A DNA stretch of 64,000 nt from the NCBI RefSeq assembly GCF_964355755.1, contig NC_092670.1:24848795-24912794 (forward strand), written 5' to 3'. A program made the position numbers and the translations under genes. This document shows positions 52,301-59,966 of this stretch, one piece after another. This stretch comes from Antedon mediterranea (Eukaryota; Animalia; Echinodermata). Below the pieces are notes generated by a model. It did no database searches. It had not been told where the DNA came from and was given only the letters and a program-made list of their open reading frames with translations. Every line of letters begins with the position of its first letter. Position 1 is the stretch's first letter.

Positions 52301-55300
52301 AATCTCTGCAGTTAGTAGGAAACTTTCCATTTGAAAACTGGAGTTCATTGGGATGATGCAAAATAGGATTTTCATAATGCACTGCACAAGAAATGTAGAA
52401 CTTGCAGATTCTTTTTTTCTTTCCGAAAATTGTTGGGTTTCAGATGATGATTGTAGTAGAATTATATAACAACAAACATTAAGCATCAAAATTAAAACAT
52501 GCATATTATAACATACCACCATTCCAATTAAGAATTAAGTTGGGATATCTCAAAAACATCTGCATACATTATGATTGCTAAATGCAATAATTCAGAGAGT
52601 GAGACACGATTCTCAATTTTCCCCTTTCAACCAATTTGTGTGAAAAGTGTTCTCTTCAGGTGACAAGACAGCAATTTACAGCAATTTAATAGCCAGCAGC
52701 CTACACAACAGACCTATAGCCTCATTCAAACGAATGCAAAATTTAACATCCAATATAAAAAAACACGGAAATGTGCACTCGTAAATATACAGCCGTGACC
52801 GTCCTTCTTTTCAAAGTCTTTAAGTAATACATTCAACCCATATTAGATATCTCATTTAATGTGTCGCTTTAGTTTTAAATCACATTTGAGGCCGACTACA
52901 GCAATGTGCATGGCATTTTCACAATAAACTATATATTATTATATCATAATTTTTCTTCATTTTTTCAGCTATTACATAATGTTTTAAAAGAAAAGTTCTA
53001 TAAAAAAATTACTTTTCTTAATATTTCCAAAAATAAGAAATAAATAAATAATGTACAATTGCCGTTTATTATCCTGTTAAAAATTTGCTATTTTGTTTTC
53101 AATTTTAAATAACTTTCTTAAAACATCATTTTTTTAAGCACAAATTGTACTTCTCTATAATTCTATACGCAATACTAAATTTCAACTCCAACCTATAGAT
53201 CATTCTGTCTTGACTATATAAGCAATTGTATAAAGATCAGACGTGTCATGTATACACTATAAACTTTCGTTTTTTAAGAAATTTATTGATGTGGGGCTAA
53301 AAATCTCTCTCACAAATATTTTAAAGAGTTGTGATCAATAAAGGTGTAATGGCCGTTTGTCGTTATGACCTAGGATCCACCAAAAGTTTTGTTGAGGAAT
53401 AGAGTGCGGTAGTGCATCACAATGGCCCTTAAATGCACTGTAGAATTAGCATTATGTAACATGTTGCTCTGTCCTATTAAATATTGGATAACTTCATCAA
53501 ACAATTCATAGGTCATGGCAGAAATTATGCATTGAAACAACTCGGGACAACACATTTGAACACGAGTCAGTACAGTTTAAGTGAGGGATGGGAAAAATCA
53601 TGTGTTGAGACTACTGTAGATACCTGGGCCAGCTCATGACAACACTTGACATTTGGACACGAGTCAGTACAGTTCAAGTGAGGGACGGGGAAAATCATGT
53701 GTTGAGACTAGGTATAATAGTTGGGCCACCTCTGGGAAACTGTCCGTCCAGTTTAAAATTGCAAGATGGGGAAAATCATATGTAAGACTATAGATAGTTG
53801 AGACAGTCTTGGGCAAAGACACCTAAAACCTCAGCCTCAGTAATTAAAGTAAAATGAAGGATCTACAAATAATATTTTATATCCGTTACTAAAGAAGAAA
53901 GATTATTGAGTTGTTGTAATTTAGTTGGGCTTAATTTCTGCAAGAAGACTGCTATTTTGTATGTGTTAAAATCATAAATTGCCTGAATACTGTATAAATT
54001 ATTTGACAATGAGAGAATAATGTTTATAAATATACATTTAAATTGACAGGGTTAAAATGTATAATACATTTACTACGTGTTTAATCATACATCATAAACT
54101 GAAGTTGAATATAAAACGCACTCTGTACTACAGTATACATTTTAAACAGTCAATTATTTCCATTATTAGTTGCTAAAGATTTTTTAATGTGTTATTGTTA
54201 GCTCAACTTTTAAACTTTAAAATCCAAAATGTTAATCAAAATATTACAAATCATTCTATTGGGAATAAATGGTTAGAATTAGATTTTTAAACAAGAACCA
54301 TTTAATTTGTTTATGAAATTCCTTAATGTATAAAGTCCCATGTTATTAGTTATTTTCTAAATTATGTTCATCCATTATTTTTAATGAACCAATATAAAAA
54401 AATACTCTAAATAAAAATATATTTTATAGTAATTGTATCAAACAAAACAAGCATGGTATAGACAAAGGAATCAATTGTTAATAAGATATGACATGAGGTA
54501 ATACATACAAAACAATATTCTACTCAATAGAATATGCCACTTTTGCATGATGTATATTAGTATACTAAAAAATACTTCACTGTAATAATTCTACTACAGT
54601 TTCTTAAGCCATAACTCGAAATAGTTTCTATGAATGTATATGCCTTTTTAAAGCAAACATTTAAACTGATTCCTCTGTCTTTGCCCAATTGATTAAAATG
54701 CATATTAAATCTAGGTTTAACTGTCTGTAGAGCATTAGATAAAAAGAACATTAGGTAAAACCAAGTCAAATACACAACCTGGAAACGTGTAAGACGAATT
54801 GGTATAGTCGACTGCAAAGAAAAACATTTTAAACGACGTAACAGTTAAATACATAGTGGCAATATTAAGGAAACCTGCATATTGGTTGAATATAATTATC
54901 ATCGTGATCGCATCTTCATTTTGTTTTACTCATGATAATAAACTAAAAATTAATCATAGTAAACTTTTGATTTTCTGTTCAATCCTGTAGCTACTTCTTA
55001 AAAGCACTAGTTAGCTTGACATTATTTAAATTTTACTAGTTTTACCTTTCATCCAAGTGACAGTAGGTGCAGGAGCACCGACCGTATGACAATGAAGCAA
55101 CGTACGAGTCATCTCAATCACAGTTGTATCATTTGGACGGACAACCATCATTGGTGGGATTCCTGTAAAACAATAATTTAATAAGTGGAAAACAAATATA
55201 TATATGTCCCAAATATGTTTGCTATTGGGGAAAAATTGATGATTAATCTACAAACACCATGATACCATCTAATTGTGTATCATGTCTTTTTAGGTCAGTG

Positions 55301-57174
55301 GATTATATTATGACGTTATTCCTATACTGCCCTCTATAATAGCAAGCTTGCGTTTTCATGATGCACAACTTGAAGTTTACTCTGTGCATGCTCAGAAACA
55401 CACTAAGCGTGTACTGAGCGATTAAGCGATATTAAGTCATGAAAGGTAGATCGATACTAAACAGGAAGAAGAAAAACTGTATTGTAGAAAGCAAAACAAG
55501 AGGAAATCGTATAAAACATATAAAATGTACAAACTTTCAACTTGAAGTCTTGTGTCTGAGATGGCTTCATCTACTTCGTTACTAATCTCACATTGGAACA
55601 TCCCAGCATCAGATGCTGCTAGGTCCTGGATTTGGAGGCTACCACTTGCAAGTACCTACATGAAAATATACACCCTCAATTACTGTATGAAAAATGATAT
55701 ACTATTGATTAAACTTACAGCTTATACATTATCTCTTGACAAGTCTACCAAAAATAAATTATATTTAAAAACAAATACAATTTTATTACAGGTTACACCT
55801 CTATTGGAGACACTCCTATTCTCCGTGAAATAAACAAAGAACAATATATGTTGAACACAAGGCCAACACTCAAGAGGACACTTTGCTGGGTCATAAAGAT
55901 GTCCCCTTATTAGGGGTTCTCCTACAATACACTGCAGTTTTTAAATATTTAAAAATTGGAAACATTTGTTATGTATCTAACAACGATAACTAGAACAATT
56001 GGCTTAAAGTCTCGTATCAATATCGGTTTGGATATCAAATTGAATCATTTTTCCTGCATTTCATTCCTCTTCACTGAATCCAGAAATTATGCTAAAGAAA
56101 ACAAACTGAAAACAACAACCAAAGGCAATACATCTAGGATTGAAGAAAACACTTATGTTGTAAACTTAAAGTAGATTCTGCTTGGATACAATGATTATTG
56201 CTTGAAAAAATAACTATCAGGATATTGCTGCAAAGTCTCCAATTACCAGTTATGGCATTTAAAAGAAAAACAACCTTTGTAACGTGTACATTTCTGATTC
56301 ATGTACACTTTTGACATTGTATTGTTGATACCAAGCTTTGGTACTGTTATAATAATAATATCAAAATAATGCAGTTATGACCCTGAGTAGTAGAACCATA
56401 AACTATTCTCCCTCTGCAAGAGGAGACATACTACATAGAAATATTGACTGTCAGAGAGATTTGTAGGGTGGGAAACACCACTTTTTACTAGAAACCAGGA
56501 GCGAAAAGGTAAATAGGTCTAGTTCATGAAAATGGCCAATCTACCTAACCAGCAGGCAAATTTTATCTACTAGAATAAACCTATCACATTATTTTCTTCA
56601 GTGGCCCTCCTCCTTCTCTAAAAGGCGAGTAAATAAGAGTAAAGCCAAATGACAAATCATCACCATTGCATCACCACAAAACGATTGAATGAAACAGAGA
56701 AACAATTATCAACGCAAGTTCGCAAATATTGAATGAAAAAAAACTCTAATTGTGCTTACTGTGTATAAAGAATATTCACTGAATTATTTGTTAACACAAG
56801 TCACGTATTCTTTTTTTGGTTTTTGCTGTAGTGATGTTACAGTTTGGTTTTATGAAAACTTATACTGCAATAGCATACTACGTCAGTAATGTCATTTTTA
56901 TTGTTTCAATAAAAATATACAAATCCAAAACAAAATTACTGCAATAATTCTTTTCTGAAACCATCTTGGCTTTATACAATCTTTTACGACATTAAGTAAT
57001 CAACATAGATACATACCTGATAACGTGAAATCCCCAACTGATTCACATTAATAGCGTTACGATACCATGTGATGTTTGGTCGTGGAATTCCTTGCGGTTG
57101 ACACGGAAGATCAATGATCGAATCCACATCACCTGTTACGGTCCTATCCGCATTCAGACTGAACTCAGGAGGCG
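25099..57174 (-). CDS. sdk: Protein sidekick (Ig/FN3 adhesion receptor), 31 coding exons, about 1820 C-terminal codons, 5' end outside the window
   Basis: All exons join in phase with GT-AG boundaries (5462 nt in total). The architecture is 3 Ig + 13 FN3 + TM ([28 protein letters not shown]) + cytoplasmic PPRPSPG, TEKPSE and YSYTDSE, ending in GFSSFV*, the conserved Sidekick PDZ-binding terminus. Confidence 0.97.
26723..26743 (-). CDS. sdk: Candidate 21-nt Sidekick microexon (RSSVYTM)
   Basis: tttttttttcccatttttgtttccgctattcaccag|AGGTCTTCGGTTTATACTATG|gtaaat; phase 0-0, matching the host intron. Confidence 0.55.
28293..28473 (-). CDS. sdk: Sidekick cytoplasmic exon
   Basis: [17 protein letters not shown]...[16 protein letters not shown]|gtaagt. 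Confidence 0.93.
28631..28778. mobile_element. Tc1/mariner-pogo-type MITE with internal 31-bp repeats
   Basis: TA|ctgtgtttatttgaataaac...gtttacttgaataaatacag|TA, with three tandem palindromic tttatttgaataaacgccccagggcgtggggc units. Confidence 0.7.
28880..29027 (-). CDS. sdk: Sidekick juxtamembrane cytoplasmic exon
   Basis: [32 protein letters not shown]...TSYSK. Confidence 0.9.
29316..29441 (-). CDS. sdk: Sidekick transmembrane exon
   Basis: [42 protein letters not shown]. Confidence 0.93.
30278..30289 (-). CDS. sdk: Candidate 12-nt Sidekick microexon (ACIT)
   Basis: Long pyrimidine tract ending ctactattcag|CCTGTATAACAG|gtactg; phase 1-1. Confidence 0.4.
30743..30910 (-). CDS. sdk: Sidekick FN3-13 exon b
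   Basis: [11 protein letters not shown]...[16 protein letters not shown]...FAVP. Confidence 0.92.
31137..31265 (-). CDS. sdk: Sidekick FN3-13 exon a
   Basis: [25 protein letters not shown]...[11 protein letters not shown]. Confidence 0.92.
31325..31638 (+). mobile_element. Dispersed repeat with a long internal hairpin, family C copy 1
   Basis: Inverted arms of about 75 bp around aaggcaaagccga. A near-identical inverted copy lies at 57498-57801. Confidence 0.85.
31870..32031 (-). CDS. sdk: Sidekick FN3-12 exon b
   Basis: [12 protein letters not shown]...[22 protein letters not shown]...TGPQI. Confidence 0.92.
32354..32491 (-). CDS. sdk: Sidekick FN3-12 exon a
   Basis: [46 protein letters not shown]. 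Confidence 0.92.
32843..33145 (-). CDS. sdk: Sidekick FN3-11 exon
   Basis: [42 protein letters not shown]...[11 protein letters not shown]...TGPD. Confidence 0.93.
33620..33848 (-). CDS. sdk: Sidekick FN3-10 exon b
   Basis: [19 protein letters not shown]...[33 protein letters not shown]. Confidence 0.93.
33897..33937 (+). ncRNA. Minimal type I hammerhead ribozyme-like motif (Penelope-type)
   Basis: TTGCA-CTGATGA-A-GGaGTA-gtgt-TGCCC-GAAA-GCTT-TGCAA: 5-bp stem I, conserved core, stem II with one bulge, loopless palindromic stem III and an NUH site (CUU). Confidence 0.6.
34585..34655 (-). CDS. sdk: Sidekick FN3-10 exon a
   Basis: [24 protein letters not shown]. Confidence 0.9.
35622..35725 (-). 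CDS. sdk: Sidekick FN3-9 exon b
   Basis: [35 protein letters not shown]. Confidence 0.92.
36016..36214 (-). CDS. sdk: Sidekick FN3-9 exon a
   Basis: [41 protein letters not shown]...YNVN. Confidence 0.92.
36325..36615 (-). CDS. sdk: Sidekick FN3-8 exon
   Basis: [41 protein letters not shown]...VFTTNDR. Confidence 0.93.
37200..37386 (-). CDS. sdk: Sidekick FN3-7 exon b
   Basis: VIYFETSNP...[22 protein letters not shown]...TFEN. Confidence 0.93.
37611..37726 (-). CDS. sdk: Sidekick FN3-7 exon a
   Basis: [39 protein letters not shown]. Confidence 0.93.
38013..38322 (+). mobile_element. Full-length tRNA-headed SINE with a Deu/Nin-like core domain
   Basis: A box tggccgagcgg, B box ggttcgaggc, gagtgag/ctcactc stem. 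The core ggataaggactataaaccgtaggtcc...taaagaacc...gagtagggggttaccccggtgt resembles the DeuSINE (AmnSINE1/SINE3) domain as recalled. It has an (aaac)n tail and TSD acggt(a/g)gtg. Confidence 0.8.
39576..39810 (-). CDS. sdk: Sidekick FN3-6 exon b
   Basis: [20 protein letters not shown]...[24 protein letters not shown]...TSDT. Confidence 0.93.
41095..41165 (-). CDS. sdk: Sidekick FN3-6 exon a
   Basis: [24 protein letters not shown]. Confidence 0.92.
41372..41640 (-). mobile_element. tRNA-derived SINE, family B
   Basis: Minus strand gagtggagttgtagcttggtag...gggttcaagtcctgtc...ttgacaatttgcctaaaaa plus an A-rich tail. Homologous to 19469-19666 and to a fragment near 36660-36715. Confidence 0.75.
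41719..42018 (-). CDS. sdk: Sidekick FN3-5 exon
   Basis: [36 protein letters not shown]...[18 protein letters not shown]...QTHQD. Confidence 0.94.
42149..42340 (-). CDS. sdk: Sidekick FN3-4 exon b
   Basis: [10 protein letters not shown]...[34 protein letters not shown]. Confidence 0.94.
42619..42717 (-). CDS. sdk: Sidekick FN3-4 exon a
   Basis: [33 protein letters not shown]. Confidence 0.94.
43039..43234 (-). CDS. sdk: Sidekick FN3-3 exon b
   Basis: [11 protein letters not shown]...[33 protein letters not shown]. Confidence 0.94.
43405..43746 (-). CDS. sdk: Sidekick FN3-2b/FN3-3a exon
   Basis: [23 protein letters not shown]...[24 protein letters not shown]...[10 protein letters not shown]...NGINQGYK. 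Confidence 0.95.
43793..43935. mobile_element. PIF/Harbinger MITE, family A copy 2
   Basis: taa|agctctgtctacacca...tagtgtaaagagagct|tat. Confidence 0.8.
44222..44292 (-). CDS. sdk: Sidekick FN3-2 exon a
   Basis: [24 protein letters not shown]. Confidence 0.92.
45016..45265 (+). promoter_or_regulatory. Candidate promoter and non-coding first exon of the nested TRIM gene
   Basis: X-box GTCTCCATAGCAAC at 45016-45029 and TATAAAAG at 45050-45057. Donor AAG|gtaagg at 45266 and acceptor ttgcag| at 45835, 8 nt before acaATGG. Confidence 0.55.
45679..45717. mobile_element. Right-end fragment of Harbinger MITE family A
   Basis: tttttgtcaaattagtttgatagtgtagacagagct|taa. Confidence 0.7.
45844..47991 (+). 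CDS. TRIM-NHL E3 ubiquitin ligase (TRIM2/3/56/71-like), single coding exon, 715 aa, nested antisense in a Sidekick intron
   Basis: [21 protein letters not shown]; B-box1 CVC..CKEC..LCSAC..HH..H; B-box2 CSTH..CTKC..CWKC..H..H; Lys/Glu coiled coil; a filamin-like segment ([14 protein letters not shown]); NHL-type repeats (PQGIHID..IYVADW, PRGVVVD..NIIV). The true start is likely acaATGG at 45844, because the track's 45814 start lies upstream of a splice acceptor. AATAAA occurs near 48042 and 48246. Confidence 0.92.
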   Translation: MATGESDLSLFLESIDEKLLECSICLATLRNPRSIACLHSFCLACLEKWVKSNHGKLSCPICRKWHPIPDGGLEKLPPNTFVNNLLEITEQFKKKEQVKCVCEATEQVTYYCKECRHYLCSACSKHHKMLPILASHTLLTAGEVQLMNKQQFANLHPPLCSTHKKPLELYCTKCKVPICWKCAIVDHAKGANHEPIDIVSAFKIFKGTAEKFKNTANECLKKLENRIRVVTENDMKLEESKNASLKSINEQFEEMVKIMKEKTDKMKTKVEEKFTNEKIENDLQLNELNKIKSDLNTNMSFLNQSLKSEPATAMMSSEIALNTLKDQINNFKEIKEIRQNDSGQINFFGNKFTIDLLKQCDIGHVTPITADDLILEGPECVTQSQPIIARINVSHKVGLSQLKATWTHSTGKYNIGHVKQDNNYYFIRGVCNNLGICTLNVYFKGKPIKQSPLAIKIEGEGQVTYFKVDKKPMGLVKCDDDCLLISFGTNEIHKYKQSGKYIDKITLPEDVQVYRMYKMKNNNIAFSDVGNECIQVCDMNGHVIKSIGKGVLETPQGIHIDEASNVIYVADWNTECVFMFDIYSGKELMKIGSQKELLFGYNDVTLTQTGKVLVTDWGNSQIVLYDNEDKLFKVLINEGDEDGMVKYPRGVVVDKDDNIIVSSKRKLQLFRSNGNFIKTIYKKDGIKNTEQLCIISPHKIAVANWIGNRIMISNY
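48314..49000. repeat. 51-bp tandem minisatellite, about 13 copies, degenerating at the 3' end
   Basis: Unit cacaattgagagtaaaaacaaaatggagggtagtagtctatttattccaag. Confidence 0.97.
49061..49231 (-). CDS. sdk: Sidekick FN3-1 exon b
   Basis: [43 protein letters not shown]...VSLPEE. Confidence 0.93.
49408..49542 (-). CDS. sdk: Sidekick FN3-1 exon a
   Basis: [45 protein letters not shown]. Confidence 0.93.
50322..50600 (-). CDS. sdk: Sidekick last Ig domain (Ig6) exon
   Basis: [30 protein letters not shown]...IWYQ...[37 protein letters not shown]. Confidence 0.94.
50745..50830 (+). mobile_element. Degenerate tRNA-derived SINE head
   Basis: gtagtttggtgtttaacatgcttgccttccaatcccaaggttcagggttcaatc resembles A/B boxes. 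Confidence 0.45.
50972..51142 (-). CDS. sdk: Sidekick Ig5 exon b
   Basis: [10 protein letters not shown]...[37 protein letters not shown]. Confidence 0.94.
53540..53815. repeat. Degenerate tandem repeat, unit about 97 bp, about 3 copies
   Basis: cacgagtcagtacagtt..agtgaggga.ggg.aaaatcatgtgttgagacta at 53561 and 53658, with a third degenerate copy near 53750. Confidence 0.75.
54779..54811 (-). CDS. sdk: Candidate 33-nt Sidekick cassette exon ([11 protein letters not shown]) inside Ig5
   Basis: gtttttctttgcag|TCGACTATACCAATTCGTCTTACACGTTTCCAG|gttgtg; phase 1-1 with no stop codon. Confidence 0.5.
55046..55162 (-). CDS. sdk: Sidekick Ig5 exon a
   Basis: [39 protein letters not shown]. Confidence 0.93.
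55535..55655 (-). CDS. sdk: Sidekick Ig4 exon b
   Basis: [40 protein letters not shown]. Confidence 0.93.
57017..57174 (-). CDS. sdk: Sidekick Ig4 exon a
   Basis: [52 protein letters not shown]. Confidence 0.93.
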
Positions 57175-57497
57175 CTGAAGAGACAAATAAAAATATGCTA
57201 TTACTAATGTAGCAATAAAAAATAATAAACTACACAGTTGTAGAATAACAGAAATTGAAATTTTCCCCATTGGAGGGTGTTTTGGTGTAAACAATATCAT
57301 ACACAATATGTCAACCAATTCCTGGTAGTGCATCTATCATTTGTTCCACTTATCATAAACAAATTCAATTCAATTCAATTTCTTTATTGCTGCAAATGCT
57401 ATCAAGGGCTAATATCTGCTTAAAAATACTACATCATCCAAACAAAATTATACATATTTACATTTAAAATTTAAACACATAAAAATTATAGTCATTA

Positions 57498-57801
57498 TTA
57501 TATAACACCTATATAAATTCCTGTCATTTGATTGGACGAATGTGGGTCACATGGCGTGCAATAGTACGCACTATTCAACGATCGTTAAATAGTACTTTTT
57601 GAAACATTTTTGTTTGTTATTTAGATGTTATATAAAACAAATAATGAATGTTTTGTATTCGTGTAATGGTACAAATAATGGCACTTGGTGAATGATGAAA
57701 GGTTATATCAACTCGGCTTTGCCTCGTTGATATAACCTTTCATCATTCACCTCGTGCCATTATTTGTACCATTGCACTCATAAACATTCATTATTTGTAT
57801 A
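57498..57801 (-). mobile_element. Hairpin-containing dispersed repeat, family C copy 2
   Basis: Reverse complement of 31325-31638 apart from a short indel. Confidence 0.85.
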
Positions 57802-59074
57802 CTACTGTATAGTAGTTATTATTATTTTATGTAATTATTGTTATAATGATTATTGTTATATAGTTATTATAATAATTAATAAAAGTGTAATAAATTATAG
57901 GTTACATCTTAAGGGCAGTTTTAATGTCAAGCACAGAAGAGGAATAATACAGTGTCAACAGAGCATCACATTTGATGCTTCTTTCATAGGCTTAAAAGTC
58001 AAACACTAACCTTAACATAATACAGGCACCACTATGTGATACTTATATGACAGTGTATTACAGAATATTTTGGACAGATCATGGCATACAGTATTTGAAT
58101 ATACAGTACAGAGAATCGGGTGAATTTGTATACAGGTGTAATAGTTTTTCTACTTTAAATAGTTAAAGCAAATGTTCAGCTTTATACCCAAGTTTGTCAT
58201 GACTTATTAAGTTTCTTTTCTTTAATCATGGATGTTAAGATCTTCCCAGATTTATTTCATAAAATGATTCTAAAATGAATATTTTAATTCATATTATTTC
58301 AAAATAACTTCTAAACTCTACTCTTCTAATATATTTATTTTTTCTATTTTAATAATAATTAAACTTTTTCTTTGGTGATTCTCAAAAATATTACAATAAA
58401 ACAATAATATGTTATCAAAATGTTTGCAAAAATGCTTGTTAAAACTGTTAAAATGAGTAAAAAGCACACATCACTGCAAACGTTACCAATGCAAATAATA
58501 AGAATCTGTTAAAAATAAACCCTTCAACCTTGTACTGCAAATAAAATGCAACATTATTATTAATTAGCAATGATAGGAGCATTAATATTAATATAAAATT
58601 CATGGTTAAGAAAATTGTTATATTTTTAAATTGTAAGAAATAACTTAAATATGTACAATGTTATTAGTTAGTGAGCTATAACACCATCTTTGCCACCACT
58701 GTTTTCCACAACACACTTTGTTACCCTCACCATTTTCTACACCACACTTCTTCCCAATATCACACAGGGTACAATTCCACTGCACAGAACAATACAGTAT
58801 GTATAAAAATCCTATTTGTGTTCAACACTGTATGTGTGTTTTTATTCCGGCTTCTGTTCTAAATTCACATTTTTCCTTATTACTTTTTCCTAGTAAGTAT
58901 TTTGTTTTGTATTTATTGTTAAATAACTTCTAAACTCTACTCTGTTAATTTTAATAAAGTATCAAAACTCATTAGTTGTGTTTTTGGTTTCCATTCTAAA
59001 TTTAAAAACATTTTGTTCTTTCTTATCTTCTAAATTCTACCAGATAGCAATCCATGTACGGTAGTTGTTGCTTA

Positions 59075-59875
59075 TGTTATGCGCGATTTGAACGATTTGC
59101 GCAATTTGAAATTGCGCAAAAAAATCCTTGCGCAATTTGAAATTGCGCAAATAATTCTTGCGCAATTTAAAATTGCGCAAGGATTTTTTTGCGCAATTTC
59201 AAATTGCGCAATCAACTTGCGCAATTTCAAATTGCGCAAGAAAATCTTTGCGCAATTTTAAATTGCGCTGCACAATTTGTAAATTGCGCAAGATAGTTCT
59301 TGCACAATATGACACCTTTGCGCAATTTGAAAACGAACTGTAAATTTTCCCATACATGGCTATAGGCTAGGCCTAGGCAGAGGAGTTTAAAATTTAGTAT
59401 TTTATTATATAAATAAGACCATTTCAATGAAGATAATGTTTAATACTCACTTTTTAAGTTTTTAATATTAGTTTAAGCTAGGCCATGTAACCTAGTCAGT
59501 ATCAGTAGTCCAGACCCTAGCTAGGCTAGAGTAGTATAGCCGGCCGCCCGCGCCGCGCCCGCCTGGTGGAACACCACCGCTTCGTTTTCCTTCGTCGGTT
59601 CTTCGACGGTATGCTAACTTATAACAATATTTGCACTACTAAAATAAGGAAATGCGATATTTATCTTTAATTTTGAATCATTCTTAGAAATTACTATAAA
59701 AATATGGGTGTACATGATTTCACAATCTGTCGAAAAACCTTGCGCAATTTGCAGATTACTTGCGCAATTTAATACGTTGCTTGCGCAATTTGAAACACAT
59801 GTTTCAATTCAAATTGCGCAAGGATTTTTTTTGCGCAATTTCAAATTGCGCAAATCGTTCAAATCGCGCATAACA
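59075..59875. mobile_element. Non-autonomous DNA transposon with TGT...ACA ends and 4-bp TSD (Ginger-like)
   Basis: CTTA|tgttatgcgcgatttgaacgatttgcgcaatttgaaattgcgc...gcgcaatttcaaattgcgcaaatcgttcaaatcgcgcataaca|CTTA. The TIRs are about 70 bp and there are many TTGCGCAA repeats. Confidence 0.85.
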
Positions 59876-59966
59876 CTTATATCAGCAATATTACATTATC
59901 AAAACCATACAGTACACGATAAAAAGCGATTCACACTAGAACAGCTTGGATACCTTGGATGACTAA

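Noticed and set aside
25099-57174. Dscam, or Dscam-like mutually exclusive exon arrays
   Set aside because: Thirteen FN3 domains and the GFSSFV terminus identify Sidekick. Each domain exon occurs once, with no duplicated variants.
58487-58534. Possible 6-nt or 48-nt exon after ttttatttgcag
   Set aside because: The 6-nt form has a poor donor (gttgaa), and the 48-nt form has a TGA in the required phase.
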